DNA of 63,367 bases, filler included, from Octopus bimaculoides (taxonomy: Eukaryota), in assembly GCF_001194135.2 (NCBI RefSeq). It is 6 parts of 6 records of this genome, joined end to end, with 100 filler letters (N's around TTAATTAATTAA, not from the genome) between each part and the next. Parts side by side here need not be neighbours in the genome. Positions count along the whole stretch, not along the records: positions 34,619 to 50,764 come from NC_068988.1; 5 more parts are not named here. One strand, written 5' to 3'. Position numbers and translations under genes: made by a program. Of this stretch, positions 37,411 to 49,204 are shown piece by piece. Every line of letters begins with the position of its first letter. The first letter of the stretch is position 1. The notes below the pieces were generated by a model. It did no database searches, had not been told where the DNA came from, and saw nothing but the letters and a program-made list of their open reading frames with translations.

Positions 37411-38103
37411 ATGGAATACTTGTTTGGTGGAAGGAATTTGGAACCAAAAACAAAAACATCTGGAAAAAGGGTTGTTTGGACATCAGATGAACTTAGCATA
37501 TTAAGGAGTAAACAGGAAGGTATCAAGAAAGAAAATACAGAAATGAAAGTCAGATTACAAAAGCAGGAGACTTATATTAAACAGCTAGAAGAGAAGGCTA
37601 CTGTCCTTACAACGATATCAAATGAAGCTCTAGAAAATATATCAAGCTTGAAAAAAGTGAATGAACAACAGCATATATATATTGTATCTCTAAAGACAGA
37701 ACTGAAGTCAGCAAATTCAACTATAGAGAGTTTATACAAAATTAACAGTGAACTATCAGAAGAATGGGAGAAACTCTTGAAGAAGACTTCTGAGCTGAAA
37801 GTATTATTGAATAAAAAACAAAATGAATATGAAAAAAATGTTAAACAGTTGGAGAATACCAAATTAGATTTATCGAAAAAACTGGAATTAAACATTGAAA
37901 AATTAAAAGCTTCATACAAGAGTAAGTTGGAATTATTAAGTGATCAACTGAATAATTATCAAAGTAAATATCTTTCTGAATACCAACAACATAGTGTCTC
38001 TAAAAAAGAATTGCAAAATCTTGTGCAGCATTTCCTCAAGCTATCTTCAAGTTCTGATCAAGTTCCACCAGACCAATTACAACGTTTTGACTATGCTTTA
38101 TGA
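37411..38103 (+). CDS. CCDC160: Coiled-coil protein terminal exon, tentatively CCDC160-like
   Basis: Uninterrupted 230-codon K/E/L-rich heptad ORF in otherwise decayed DNA; acceptor ttttatcag ends at 37408 just before the ATG; TGA at 38101-38103; AATAAA at 38124-38129. The C-terminal 'EYQQHSVSKKELQNLVQHFLKLSSS' resembles my recollection of the CCDC160 C-terminus; the symbol needs a homology search. Confidence 0.55.
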   Translation: MEYLFGGRNLEPKTKTSGKRVVWTSDELSILRSKQEGIKKENTEMKVRLQKQETYIKQLEEKATVLTTISNEALENISSLKKVNEQQHIYIVSLKTELKSANSTIESLYKINSELSEEWEKLLKKTSELKVLLNKKQNEYEKNVKQLENTKLDLSKKLELNIEKLKASYKSKLELLSDQLNNYQSKYLSEYQQHSVSKKELQNLVQHFLKLSSSSDQVPPDQLQRFDYAL

Positions 38104-38209
38104 TTTGATTTTCTAAGCTGTGTAATAAAGAAATTCACTTTGAAATTATATGGTTTTGTGTTCAAATCCACTGCTCAACACTTTGGGAGGGTATCCTATA
38201 CTATCACTG

Positions 38210-38232
<23 letters not shown>

Positions 38233-38253
<21 letters not shown>

Positions 38254-38400
38254 CAGAGTAAGCACATAAATGTGAAAACAAGGTGGAAAAAAATAGTACT
38301 CAAATACCAGAGGTAGAGTAATATGCTTTATTAATAATGCTACAAAGACATCACAAAAACTGTTACTTCTGAGTAACAGTTTTTGTGATGCCTTTGCATA
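38233..38400 (-). mobile_element. Short repeat of the hammerhead-bearing family, with a fold-back end
   Basis: Minus strand agtaacagtttttgtgatgtctttgtagcattattaataaagcatatt aligns with agtaatagtttttatgatatttttactactttttaacaaagtatat after the 21225 fold; flanked by (TA)/(CA) repeats. Confidence 0.55.
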
Positions 38401-38679
38401 TATATATAAATGTATTGTTTTTTCTTTTGAACAATTGTTTGAAAGTGCTCAAGTTGAACCCAAGACACTAGACATTATATAACTTGGTTTAAGATGAGAC
38501 AAAATTTAGATAATCATCCTATAGTTATGATTTACATCAACATAATAAATACATATAACACAATAAATACACCAAGACAAGGAACATATCAATATATTAT
38601 TTAGAATAGAAATAAGAAATACATAAGGTAAAAATATACAAAAAAAGGATAAATAAATAAAGAGTGATACATCGATTAA

Positions 38680-40105
38680 AAGTCATTTTAAATTTAAGAT
38701 TAAAAACGTTGAATTAAGAATTAAAAGTTGTAAGATAGATCGACGGCAGTGAGAAATCTTAATGATGGCTTTAAAAGTCAGTAGTATTGCTCGAGAATTC
38801 CATCTTGCATTACTTAAGTTGGGTATTTTTTGAAACTTTGCAGTAGGAAGGAATCTCGACATTGATTCCATCTTGAGATAATTGTCGACAAACTGTTGCT
38901 GCTTTTTTGGGTTAATAGCTTAGAAGATATTACTAACTTGGTTGCAGTTCCAGTTTTGCTACACTTCCTCCTTGTTTGTGTGGATTCTTCATCTGATTTT
39001 TAGGACTCTTGATATTCACTTTCAGTCTCTGCTTCAGACGTTGACGATGACACTGGAGTTGCTCTGGTTGAAGTTGGCATTAAGAACACTAGTCTTCTTT
39101 TCGATGGATGAATAGTTTTGGAACTGGCCGTCTTTCCAGTTGTATACCCGACCTGTCTCTTGCTTTCAATTTGCAGATAATATAACCTTCTATCCTCACC
39201 ACACAGCCATTCACCGTTTTCCTTTGTAATGTCAAAAATTCCTTTCAATGAATCATATTTTCCTCGTTTTACACATTTGTCATAGGTATTCAGCACTTTT
39301 CTACTTTTGCTTGTATATTTTGAATTGATAAATATGGAAAATTTAATTTCTTTTTCCATAAAAAGTTACTTCTTTTGAAACTTCCTTTGTTCTTTCTTTC
39401 CTTCATTTGATGGTACATCCAAAGAACAGGTAGTGACTGACAATTTGAAGTTTCATTGGGATCCTGCAGTTGTTTTCCAAAAGATGCTCTTCTAGAGGAA
39501 CAGGTCTTCTTTTCCTATGTGAGTCTTGAAATTGCACGAGATTCTTCATCCAAATTTTTTTTTTGTTTCTTTGAGTGACACAAGCATTTCTCTTATGAGG
39601 CATTATTTTAGATAAGCCTACTTTTCTGAAAAACAATTAATATAGTCAGAGTTTTTAGTGTCACAGAAGTAAAAAAGAAAGGAAGAAGATATTTTCTAAA
39701 GTAGGGCCTAATTGGTAACAAATTAAAAACTCTACAACTCCTAACCTACTTAAACTTGAAAGCTGAAATTTGAAATATACTGCTTCTGCATTGCATTAAG
39801 TCAGCACACCCAGTTTGGTAAAAACTTGAGTAGGCATTATGAACCCTGCCCTAGAATTTTGCATGATTTGGGTCAAAAGTGGTGTTAGATTTCTTCAGTT
39901 AAGGGTTACCTTTTTTTTAAAAAAAAATTAAAGTAAAGGTTATTTTCCCTACTTATATGAAATTGTTCATTGACTTTTGATACAAGAAATTGTTTGCTTT
40001 CAAAAAAATCAGAAAGTCATAACCTTAATGAACATATAACATCCCTTCTAAAAAAAAGATGTTTTGACAATTAAAAGAAAATAGAAGTAAATCTTCCCTA
40101 CACTA
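38680..40105 (-). mobile_element. hAT-superfamily (hATm-like) DNA transposon remnant with one TAG-type end
   Basis: Peptides 'GIFDITKENGEWLCGEDRRLYYLQIESKRQVGYTTG' and 'KFQKIPNLSNARWNSRAIL' (ARW motif); the end reads 5'-TAGTGTAGGGAAG on - at 40105. The other end was not found. Confidence 0.55.
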
Positions 40106-40226
40106 GTGGATTGTCAGAGCAAAGGTGGCAATCCTGCAGTAGAGATTATTCTGCCTACACGCATTGTTTTTTGTTTCCTAATCTAAGCAAAATTAGTTAT
40201 TATTTATCTATTTTTTTTCAGTGGTA

Positions 40227-41030
40227 TCAAATCAGTGGTAAGATATTGGGTCTCCATCTAATAGACTTTACTGTGCTTTGTGCTGATGCTTGAGGTGTTG
40301 TGCATGATGTCGATGTGTTGTTGGGTTGTTGATGGGTTGTTGATGCCTGCTGAGATGATGAGTCTGTGGAAGCATGCATTCTGTATGTGTCATCATCTGT
40401 TGTGGGTGTTGTAGTTCTTGTTGGTGTTGCTACTGATGCTGCAGGTGTTGGGCAGAAGTGGTCCCTGTTTCGTCTCAGCTGCCTACCAGATTCAGTCTCT
40501 ATAATGCATAGTCTTGGAGTTTTGGCTCTACTGACAACTTGTGCTGGGATCCATGTTTTGGTCATAGGATCTTGAGTATGTGCATGTTGTTCTCCAAGTA
40601 TCTCAGGTAAGTTCTGTGCATGTTTATTATAATATTTCTGTCCTTGCTCTTGAGTGGCTGCTAGCTTTGCTCTTGTCTTTTCCTGGTCAATAGGAGGTTG
40701 AATCTTTGTTGGCTGGGTGATTTTGTATTTCCTGCTATTCAACATTTCTGCTGGGGACTTCATGTCAGCCTTTAGTGGTGTTGCTCATAAGGACAGAAGT
40801 GCCAGGTGTGGATCATTTGTAGTTTCTCGGCATTTGATTTCTGTTTTCTTGACTGTCTGCACTTGTCTTTCTATGAATCCATGACCTTTGGGGTAGTGTG
40901 GTAATGAGGTTATGATGTTCAACCCATACTCATTGGCTATTTTTTTTAATTCCTGAGATGTGAAGTGGGTCCCATTGTCACATATGAACTGCTCAGGTAT
41001 TCCTTGTTCTGTACCCATTTCTGGCATCTA
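40227..41030 (-). mobile_element. Gypsy/Ty3 LTR retrotransposon integrase 3' remnant
   Basis: 'GIPEQFICDNGTHFTSQELKKIANEYG...PHYPKGHGFIERQVQTVK...SPAEML...WIPAQV...RRNR' (rve D..E core and GPF/Y-type tail). Confidence 0.9.
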
Positions 41031-41179
41031 GTTTGCTGAATATCTTAGATCCAGCTAATGATGGTGTGATTTCTTCAAGGCTTGGAATTTGATAGTAGTC
41101 TCATTTTAATGCTTTGTTCAGATCCCTGGGGGTCAAGGCATATTCATAGGGTGCCAGTGTGTTTTTCCTTAATTACAAC

Positions 41180-44100
41180 TGAGTTCAGCCAGCTGGTCGC
41201 TTGTGCGACTTTGGTGATTATTTCCAAAAGTCTCAGTTCACTTGTCATCACCTCCGTGAGGCCCAACATTCAAAGGTCATGCTTCACCACCTGTCTCTAG
41301 GTCTTCCTGGGTCTACCTCTTCCACAGGTTCCCTCTACTCCTAGAATGTGACACCTTTTCACACAGCTGTTCTCATCCATACGCAACACATGACCATACC
41401 AGTGCAGTTGTCTTTCTTGCACACCACATCTAATGCTTCTTAGGTCCAACTTTTCTCTCAGGGGGTGTACACTCTGTCGTGTATGCACACTGACATTACA
41501 CGTCCAGCAGAGCATACTAGCTTTATTCCTTGCAAGCTTACGCATGTCCTCAGCAGTCCCAGCCCATGTTTCACTGCCATGTAGCATGGCTATTTGTACA
41601 CATGTGTCATACAGTCTACCTTTTACTCTGAGTGAGAGGCGCTTTGTCACCAGTAGTGGTAGGAGCTCTCTGAACTTTTCCCAGGCTATTCTTATTCTAG
41701 CAGCTACAGTCTCAGAGCATCCACCCCCGCTACTGACTTGTCACCTAGGTAACGAAAGCTATCAACTATTTCTAGTTTTTCCCCTTGGTATGTGATGAAA
41801 GCTGTTTTTTGTACATTTTCGGTGTTTATTGCCGCTGAGCATATGCCACACACACAAAAAAAAATCTTCCCAGTTAGCCTTACTTTGATATTGCTGCACC
41901 TCTTAATGTGTCCATAGCTTACACTGGGTACATCTTATGGAGTTTCTACCTATACCTTTTCTACAGATTAAGCAGGGCCATCTACCTGAAGCGGTTTGTG
42001 ATTTGTCTGCCTTCCTACTTATTAAGACTTTGGTTTTTGCTAGACTGATGACTCTAAAGCCCTTCGATTCTAGACCTTGTTTCCACACCTGTAACTTCTC
42101 CTCTAGTTCGGATAGTGACTCAGCAATTAGTGCAAGGTGATCAGCATAGAGAAGCTCCCAGGGGCATCTTGTCTTGAATTCCTCTGTTATTGCCTGGTGG
42201 ACTATGATGAATAAGAGGGGGCTGAGGACTGATCCTTGGTGGACCCCTACTCCTACCTGGAATTCTTCATTATACTCATTGCCAACCCTCACCTTACTGA
42301 CAGCATCCCTGTACATGGTTTGTACAGCTCTCACTAACCACTCATCTATCCCTAGTTTCTGCATTGACCATCAGATAAGGGATCGGGTGACCCCGTCAAA
42401 GGCTTTCTCCATGTCAATGAAAGCCAGGTACAGAGGTTTATTTTTGACTAGGTATTTCTCCTGCAGCTGTCTTACCATAAATATAGCATTAGAGGTGCTT
42501 TTTCCAGGTACAAACCCAAAATGCAGCTCGTCTAAGCTAACTCTCTCTCTAATTAGTTGGGCTATGACCCTCTCTGTGACTTTCATTACCTGATCCAACA
42601 ACTTGATACTTCTGTAATTATTCATATCTAATGCATCACCTTTACCTTTGTAGCAGCTGACTATGGTGCAACACCAGTCGTTGGGTATGACTCCTTCATG
42701 TGTCACCTAATTGACTATACGGGTGACTAGACTATAGCTGACACCACCAGATTTTTTAAGCATTTCTGTGGTGATTCCTGATGGGCCAGGGGCTTTCCCT
42801 GTCTTCATACCCTTAATTGCTTTATCTACCAAGGTACTGTCAGTTTGGATAGCTGGTCCCTCTCTTGGGTCGACATTCAGCAGACTCACTTTCTCCCATT
42901 CATTCTCTTCCTTCAGCAACTTTTCATAGTGGCATCTCCAAGTTTCTCTCTTTGCAGCCTCGTTTAGTGCAAGTGAGCCATCATCCATGCAGACACATTT
43001 CTCTCCTATGACATCATGATTCTTTCTGATATACTGTTTTGCAACATGAAACACTTCAGGTCTTTGGTCCTCATGATGCAGAACATTGGCAAATTTTTTC
43101 TTATCTGCTTCCCCTCTGGCTAAGTAAACCTGTCTCCTAGCTCCCCTTCTGGAAATCTGATACAATTCCTTTCAACCACCGTTCTTCCAGTACTTTCATT
43201 CCTGTTTCTTTTCCCTAATGGCTGTCAACTACATTGTTCCACCACCACGTTAAGAGGGGACTTTGCACCAGCCACAGATCTGGTTAGTAGCCCTCAACAA
43301 GTTGTCCCGAAGGAACCTCCAGTTGTCTTCCACATCACGTGATGCTATCTCCCCCTTCTATTTCGTCAAAAGCTTTGAGTAACACATCTCCAAATCTCTG
43401 TCCATTCGCAGGATCCTTAAGCTTCCAGACCTTTCTTCTCCATGCTCATTGTCTTTTAGGCATCCATTTATCCCTGATCCTGAAGTCGCTAACTACTAAT
43501 CTATGTAGTGGGGTGCATTCTTCACCTGGGAAAGTTTTGGCATTTATAATTAGCCATCTTTCCCGTTTCCTGGCAAGGATGTAGTCAATTTGACTAGTGT
43601 GTCCACCAGGCTGGTAGGTAAATAAGTGACTGGCAGGTTTCCTGAAATTAGTATTACAAACTATAAGATCATTTGCATCACAGAACTCCAGCAGCCTGTT
43701 TTCTTCCTCATTGGAGGAACCAAAACCATAGCCCTCCCTGTACACCATGGAAGCCCCTTGCATGTTGTCCAACATGCCCATTGAAGTCACCAGCCACAAA
43801 GAGAAGGTACCTGTCATTCTTTGAAGAGATAGTCTGCAATTGGGTGTCATAAAATCAGTCTTTCTGTTCATCAGGTAGCCCTGGCTAAGGAGCATAAGCT
43901 GAGATAATGGTTGTTAATCCATGTTGCAGCACTAATCTAATCTTAAGTATTCTTTCACAGACTCTGACTACCTTGATTACCTTATCAATCCATTTCTCCG
44001 CAAGAAGTATAGCCACACCCCTGACCCCATCAGTGTTCCCTGCCCAGAAAATCTTACACTTATCTTCTTTGTATGTGAGGAACCTAGCAGAACTTCCTCT

Positions 44101-44400
44101 CCACCTTACTTCTTGGATGTAGCAGAAATCTACACGTGATTGTTCAAGCATCTCAACAATCTCACCAGAGTTACCTTTCAGAGTGCCAACTCTTAGGATG
44201 TGGGAGGTGTGGGCCCGTGAGATCCTGGGATAGGGGACAGCAGCATCATGTACTTGAAAAGAAAGCTTGCATTTGACAGAACTCATAAACATACAATAGG
44301 CTTCAACCTGCATACACTACACCATCATTTTATGTGATACATAATCACTACATTACATAGGAGATAAACCCTAAGAAGGGATGGGAGAACATTAAGCCTT
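41180..44400 (-). mobile_element. Near full-length RTE-clade LINE (APE endonuclease and RT), frameshifted
   Basis: 'LRVGTLKG...IQEVRWRG', 'ISAYAP', 'SQIDYIL', 'GKAPGPSG', 'NYRSIKLLDQVMKV', 'FIDMEKAFD', 'GVHQGSVLSPLLF', 'LLYADHL', 'GRGRPRKT'. Confidence 0.95.
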
Positions 44401-45169
44401 TGGAGGTGTTCATGGGAAAGACATTTGATAGAGGTCGGAGGATAAAGACTTCCAGTATAGGTGGTGGGGGTGGGAAGGATGTGCACACTGCAAAGCAGCA
44501 AAACCTCAGGCTGCCGATGTGAGAGAGTAGTAATGATAATAATGAGATAGAATTGGGCATTTGCATTCTTAACTAGAGCTATAACCAACAGTTTTCGGTC
44601 AGCCTAACTGTGACAAAATTAGATAAATGAATGAATAAAGGACAATAATAAATGCGCATGAAAGAGAGGGAGAAGGGAGAAAGCGGGAGAGTTGGATTGA
44701 ATGTAGGGATCTTGAGATTTTTCTCTAAACATACAGCATGGAAGACGAAACCATGTTTACGTAGATAGATAAAGAAATATATAGATAATGAAATGAAATA
44801 ATAAAGTAATTATAATATGCGCTGAAGAAGAGGTTTTAGATGTGTGCTAGGTTGGGAAACAAAGTTGCTTATCTGAACATCTAATTTCTACTCCGTGTGG
44901 CGAGGTATTAAAATATGAAGTAGGGGAATCTGAATGAGCTAGTTTATGGGGGGGGNNNNNNNNNNNNNNNNNNNNNNNNNNNNNNNNNNNNNNNNNNNNN
45001 NNNNNNNNNNNNNNNNNNNNNNNNNNNNNNNNNNNNNNNNNNNNNNNGGGGGGGGGGATGAGCAGATGTAAAGTGTTGGGAGAAGCAAGTGGAGAAGAAG
45101 AGAGAGAGAGAGACCAGAGTTAGGCTGGTCAAAGACAGAACACAAAGAGACGGAAGTTTGGGATTTAGG

Positions 45170-45620
45170 GTAACATAATTGACTGCAGCCATGCTGGAGC
45201 ACTGCCTTTAGTCGAACAAATCGACCCCAGGACTTAAGCTTAGTACTTATTCTATCAGACTCGTGCAAAACCACTAAGTTACAGTGAGGTAAACACACCA
45301 ACATCAGTTGTCAAGCAATGGTGGTGGTGGGCAAACACAGACACACAAATACATACATTGCCACTGCTGGTGTGAAAGAATAGTAATTCTAATAATGAGA
45401 TAGAATTAGGGACCACAAAACAACAAAACATACATACTTATATATAATATATATATAGATGCAGGAGTAGCTGTTGGGTAAGAAGCTTGCATCCCAACCA
45501 CATGGTTCTGGGTTCAATCCCACTTTGGGCACATTGGGCAACTGTCTTCTACTATAGCCTTGGGCTGACCAAACCCTTGTGAGTGGATTTGGTTGACAGA
45601 AACTGAAAGAAGCCCGTCAT
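45170..45620. mobile_element. SINE A 3' half (-) and SINE A 5' half with tRNA-like head (+)
   Basis: Head gcaggagtagctgttgggtaagaagc...ggttcaatccc (A and B boxes) at 45460-45530. Confidence 0.8.
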
Positions 45621-47389
45621 ATATATATATATATATATAACGTGAGAGAGTTAGGGGTTGGGGGTTCAACCCACTAAGGGATAGTATCTATCCAGTATAC
45701 TGCTGGGAGGGTACCCAATTATTGCTACACTAGTGCTATACTAAGTGCAATCAATGGGAGCGGGTAAAAGTGGAGGTTTTACCCCAAATTTGTATAACAA
45801 TTAGAAAATGGAGGATAATATGCTGAACCCAACTACTTGCAGACTATGTATCCCGTTGAATTCATTAATTTAATTCATAGCAAAAGTGACAAAAAAAGAA
45901 AGAAANNNNNNNNNNNNNNNNNNNNNNNNNNNNNNNNNNNNNNNNNNNNNNNNNNNNNNNNNNNNNNNNNNNNNNNNNNNNNNNNNNNNNNNNNNNNNNN
46001 NNNNNNNNNNNNNNNNNNNNNNNNNNNNNNNNNNNNNNNNNNTCACAAAGGGTTTCATACAAATGTAGAGCAAGAGGTAAAAACAGAGGTGTGGTAGAGA
46101 CCAGAATAAAAACAACAGCAAAAATAAGATAGAAATAAAAATAAAAAATAGAATTAAAATCAAAATCAAAATAAAAATAAGGGTACAGCTGGAAAAAAAA
46201 TATAATAATAAAGAATACATAAATGAAAAATGAAGGTATAGCATGTGGGACATGCAAAAATATAAAAAAGATATATGTCAAAAAACCCTTAAAAATACAA
46301 GGCACACAAAGAGCCTACAAACATTATAAATAGGTAGCTATAGACACTCCAATGCATATATATATGTGTGGGTTTGTGTGCACAATCTTACTCGGATGTC
46401 CCCTTACTCCCATGTGTGCATATACAAGTTTTTTATAAGCAAACATTCCACCACATACGTTGTTTGTGGCATCTGCGCTATTAGCCATATCTAGAAAGCT
46501 GTAAGTGTTTTTTAGAAAGGAAGTTTTGTTGAGTGTGTGTGTGTCATTTCTATATATATTGGAAGGTTCTATGTAGAAGTTCATTTTATACAAGTTATTA
46601 ATGTTCTAGTAGCAGTGATGGTGACGATGATGGTGACAACAACAACAACAATAACAACAACAACAACAACAATAACATGCCAAACTTTCAAACTTAGCGG
46701 TGTAGGATATCCTGTTGCTTCTTCCAACGGCTCTACCACTCTGCTGCCAATGGAGGAGGGTTAATTACTACCGTTAACTTCCCTCCTTCCAATTGGGCAA
46801 CTATTGTTTTAAACTGCCTATGCTTAGCTACGGTTGGATAGCCACTGGCCGGTCAAGATGTTAGCTTGCCTGCGCACATCCCCACACACACACATACGCG
46901 TGCTATGTATATCTCCCCGTACTCACGCTCATGCGTGCGTGTATGTATATACACATGTATGCGCGCAGCCACACATCTCTTAATTCTATTATATACTCAC
47001 GGTGAGGGGGTAAAGTTCCCAATGTAATGGCAATANNNNNNNNNNNNNNNNNNNNNNNNNNNNNNNNNNNNNNNNNNNNNNNNNNNNNNNNNNNNNNNNN
47101 NNNNNNNNNNNNNNNNNNNNNNNNNNAAGACTAACAAGCCGATAACCACAACGAAACAGCTGTAAGATTAAACTTCTGTTCATCCTCTAATTCCTTATGT
47201 ACTTTGTACTTCTATATGTAAACCAGGTTAGCAAAATAACAGTCTGCCATGGACACCTGTGCTTTGGTTCTTTCTTTCTTTTTCTTTCTTTTTTTGTCAC
47301 TTTTGCTATGAATTAAATTAATGAATTCAACGGGATACATCGTCTGCAAGTAGTTGGGTTCAGCATATTATCCTCCATTTTCTAATTGT

Positions 47390-47429
<40 letters not shown>

Positions 47430-47438
<9 letters not shown>

Positions 47439-47640
47439 ATGTATTTGTGTGTCTGTGTTTGTTCCCCACCACCATTGCTTGACAACCGATGTTGGTGTGT
47501 TTACATCACTGTAACTTAGTGGTTTTGCACGAGTCTGATAGAATAAGTAGTAGGCTTAAGTCCTGGGGTCGATTTGTTCGACTAAAGGCAGTGCTACAGC
47601 ATGGCCACAGTCAGATGACTGAAACAACTAAAAGAAAGAA
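47430..47640 (+). mobile_element. SINE A 3' half, inverted twin of 45170-45360
   Basis: Shares the private variants ttttgcacgagtctgatag and ggcttaagtcctgggg with the copy at 45170. Confidence 0.8.
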
Positions 47641-49155
47641 AAGAATACATATATACATACACATACACACTCATACATTCACTAAGTGGCATTATATTAA
47701 ATATCATCCATCAAAACTTGTTTTTGTTTCTTCCTTTCATCCTTTTGCTCACTACAGCCAGTACCACCTCATAAACCCCCTGATATTTGTTATTTACACA
47801 AACAAGTATATGTATACTGGTTAAAAAAAATATACACATAACCTAAATGGGATTAAGAGATTTGTATGAAATATTGGACCAAATGTTTTATGATTGAGTA
47901 GGTCAGTCAATGGGATCTACTTAAACAAGATATTCACATATAGTAGTAGCTGTTCAGTTTGGATAAGTAAAATCTCTTATCTAAGGATGTAATATGACAA
48001 TGTCAAAGTCTGGGATGTTATTAATATAACTGTTGTCTACGTCCTTCCTAGGAATGGACTGAGGCAACTAGCATATCTGGGTGATATCCCTTAACCCTTT
48101 GGCACTCACATTATTCTGTCAAATGTAATGCTTATTTATTCATATTGTTTTCAATTAATCATGCATCATCTGACAGATCCAAGATTTTGACGATATCATC
48201 ATCATCATCATCATCATTATTGTCATCGCTGTCATTTAACGTCTGCTTTCCATGTTGGCATGTGTTGGATGTTTGACTAAAAGCTGGTAAGCTGCACCAG
48301 GTTCCAATCTTATTTGACAAAGTTTCTATGGCTGGATGCCTTTCCTAACACCAGCCCTTCCAATAGTGTAGTGGGTGCTTTTTATGTGCCACTGGCACTT
48401 TTGCCATTGACGTGACACTGGCTTTGGCCACAAGCATGATCTCACTTGGCTTGACAGGTATACACAACCATGGTATATTGCCAAAGGTCTTGGTCACCTG
48501 TCACTGCCTCCTTGAAGACCAACGCTTGAATGCCTTTTATGTTCCACCAGTACAGGTACCAACCAGATGACACTGACATCAGCCACGACTGCAATTTCAC
48601 TTGACTTAACTTCAAATGAAATTATAGGGTAGATGTCAGAGGCCAGGTTTGGTCAGTTTGAACATAAAACAGGTAGAATTTTGCCAGGTATGGCTGGTTT
48701 GAATGCTAAAGGGTTAAACCAGCTTACACTTGTAAGCTCTCTGTTCTGAGTTGGGTCAGTTTTGTATCCCTTTTACTCAGGTATTCTTAACTCACTTTTT
48801 TCTCTTCATCTCATTATACTTATTGTGTCTGAACCTACCCACAAGATCCACACTAACCACAATACCCAGTCCTTTTTTTTTTCTTTGAATATCAGTCTTC
48901 TGGTATTTCCTCTCTGCATATATCTTTTCTGCAGTAATTTAAGTTGGACACCAACTGCATTGATTCACTGTTGTTGGAATACCTTTGAAAGCTATGGGGA
49001 TTGGTCTTTCTTCATGACCAACCTAAAAAAAGAAAGACTTGTAGTGCATTTGAACCCATAATTCTGTACAAAAATTTATGTACACAATAGTGAATCTGTA
49101 ATTGATTAACTGCTCAGCATAAAAGTAATATTTTTTTTATTTTAAATATTGATTT

Positions 49156-49204
<49 letters not shown>

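Noticed and set aside
44820-44875. ctgaagaaga...gggaaac Penelope-type ribozyme candidate
   Set aside because: The intervening region does not form stem II.
44947-45060. Poly-G runs flanking a gap
   Set aside because: Likely a sequencing or assembly effect; cannot be interpreted as a G-quadruplex element.
45460-45530. tRNA-like sequence with A and B boxes
   Set aside because: It is the head of SINE A, continues into the SINE core, and has no complete cloverleaf.
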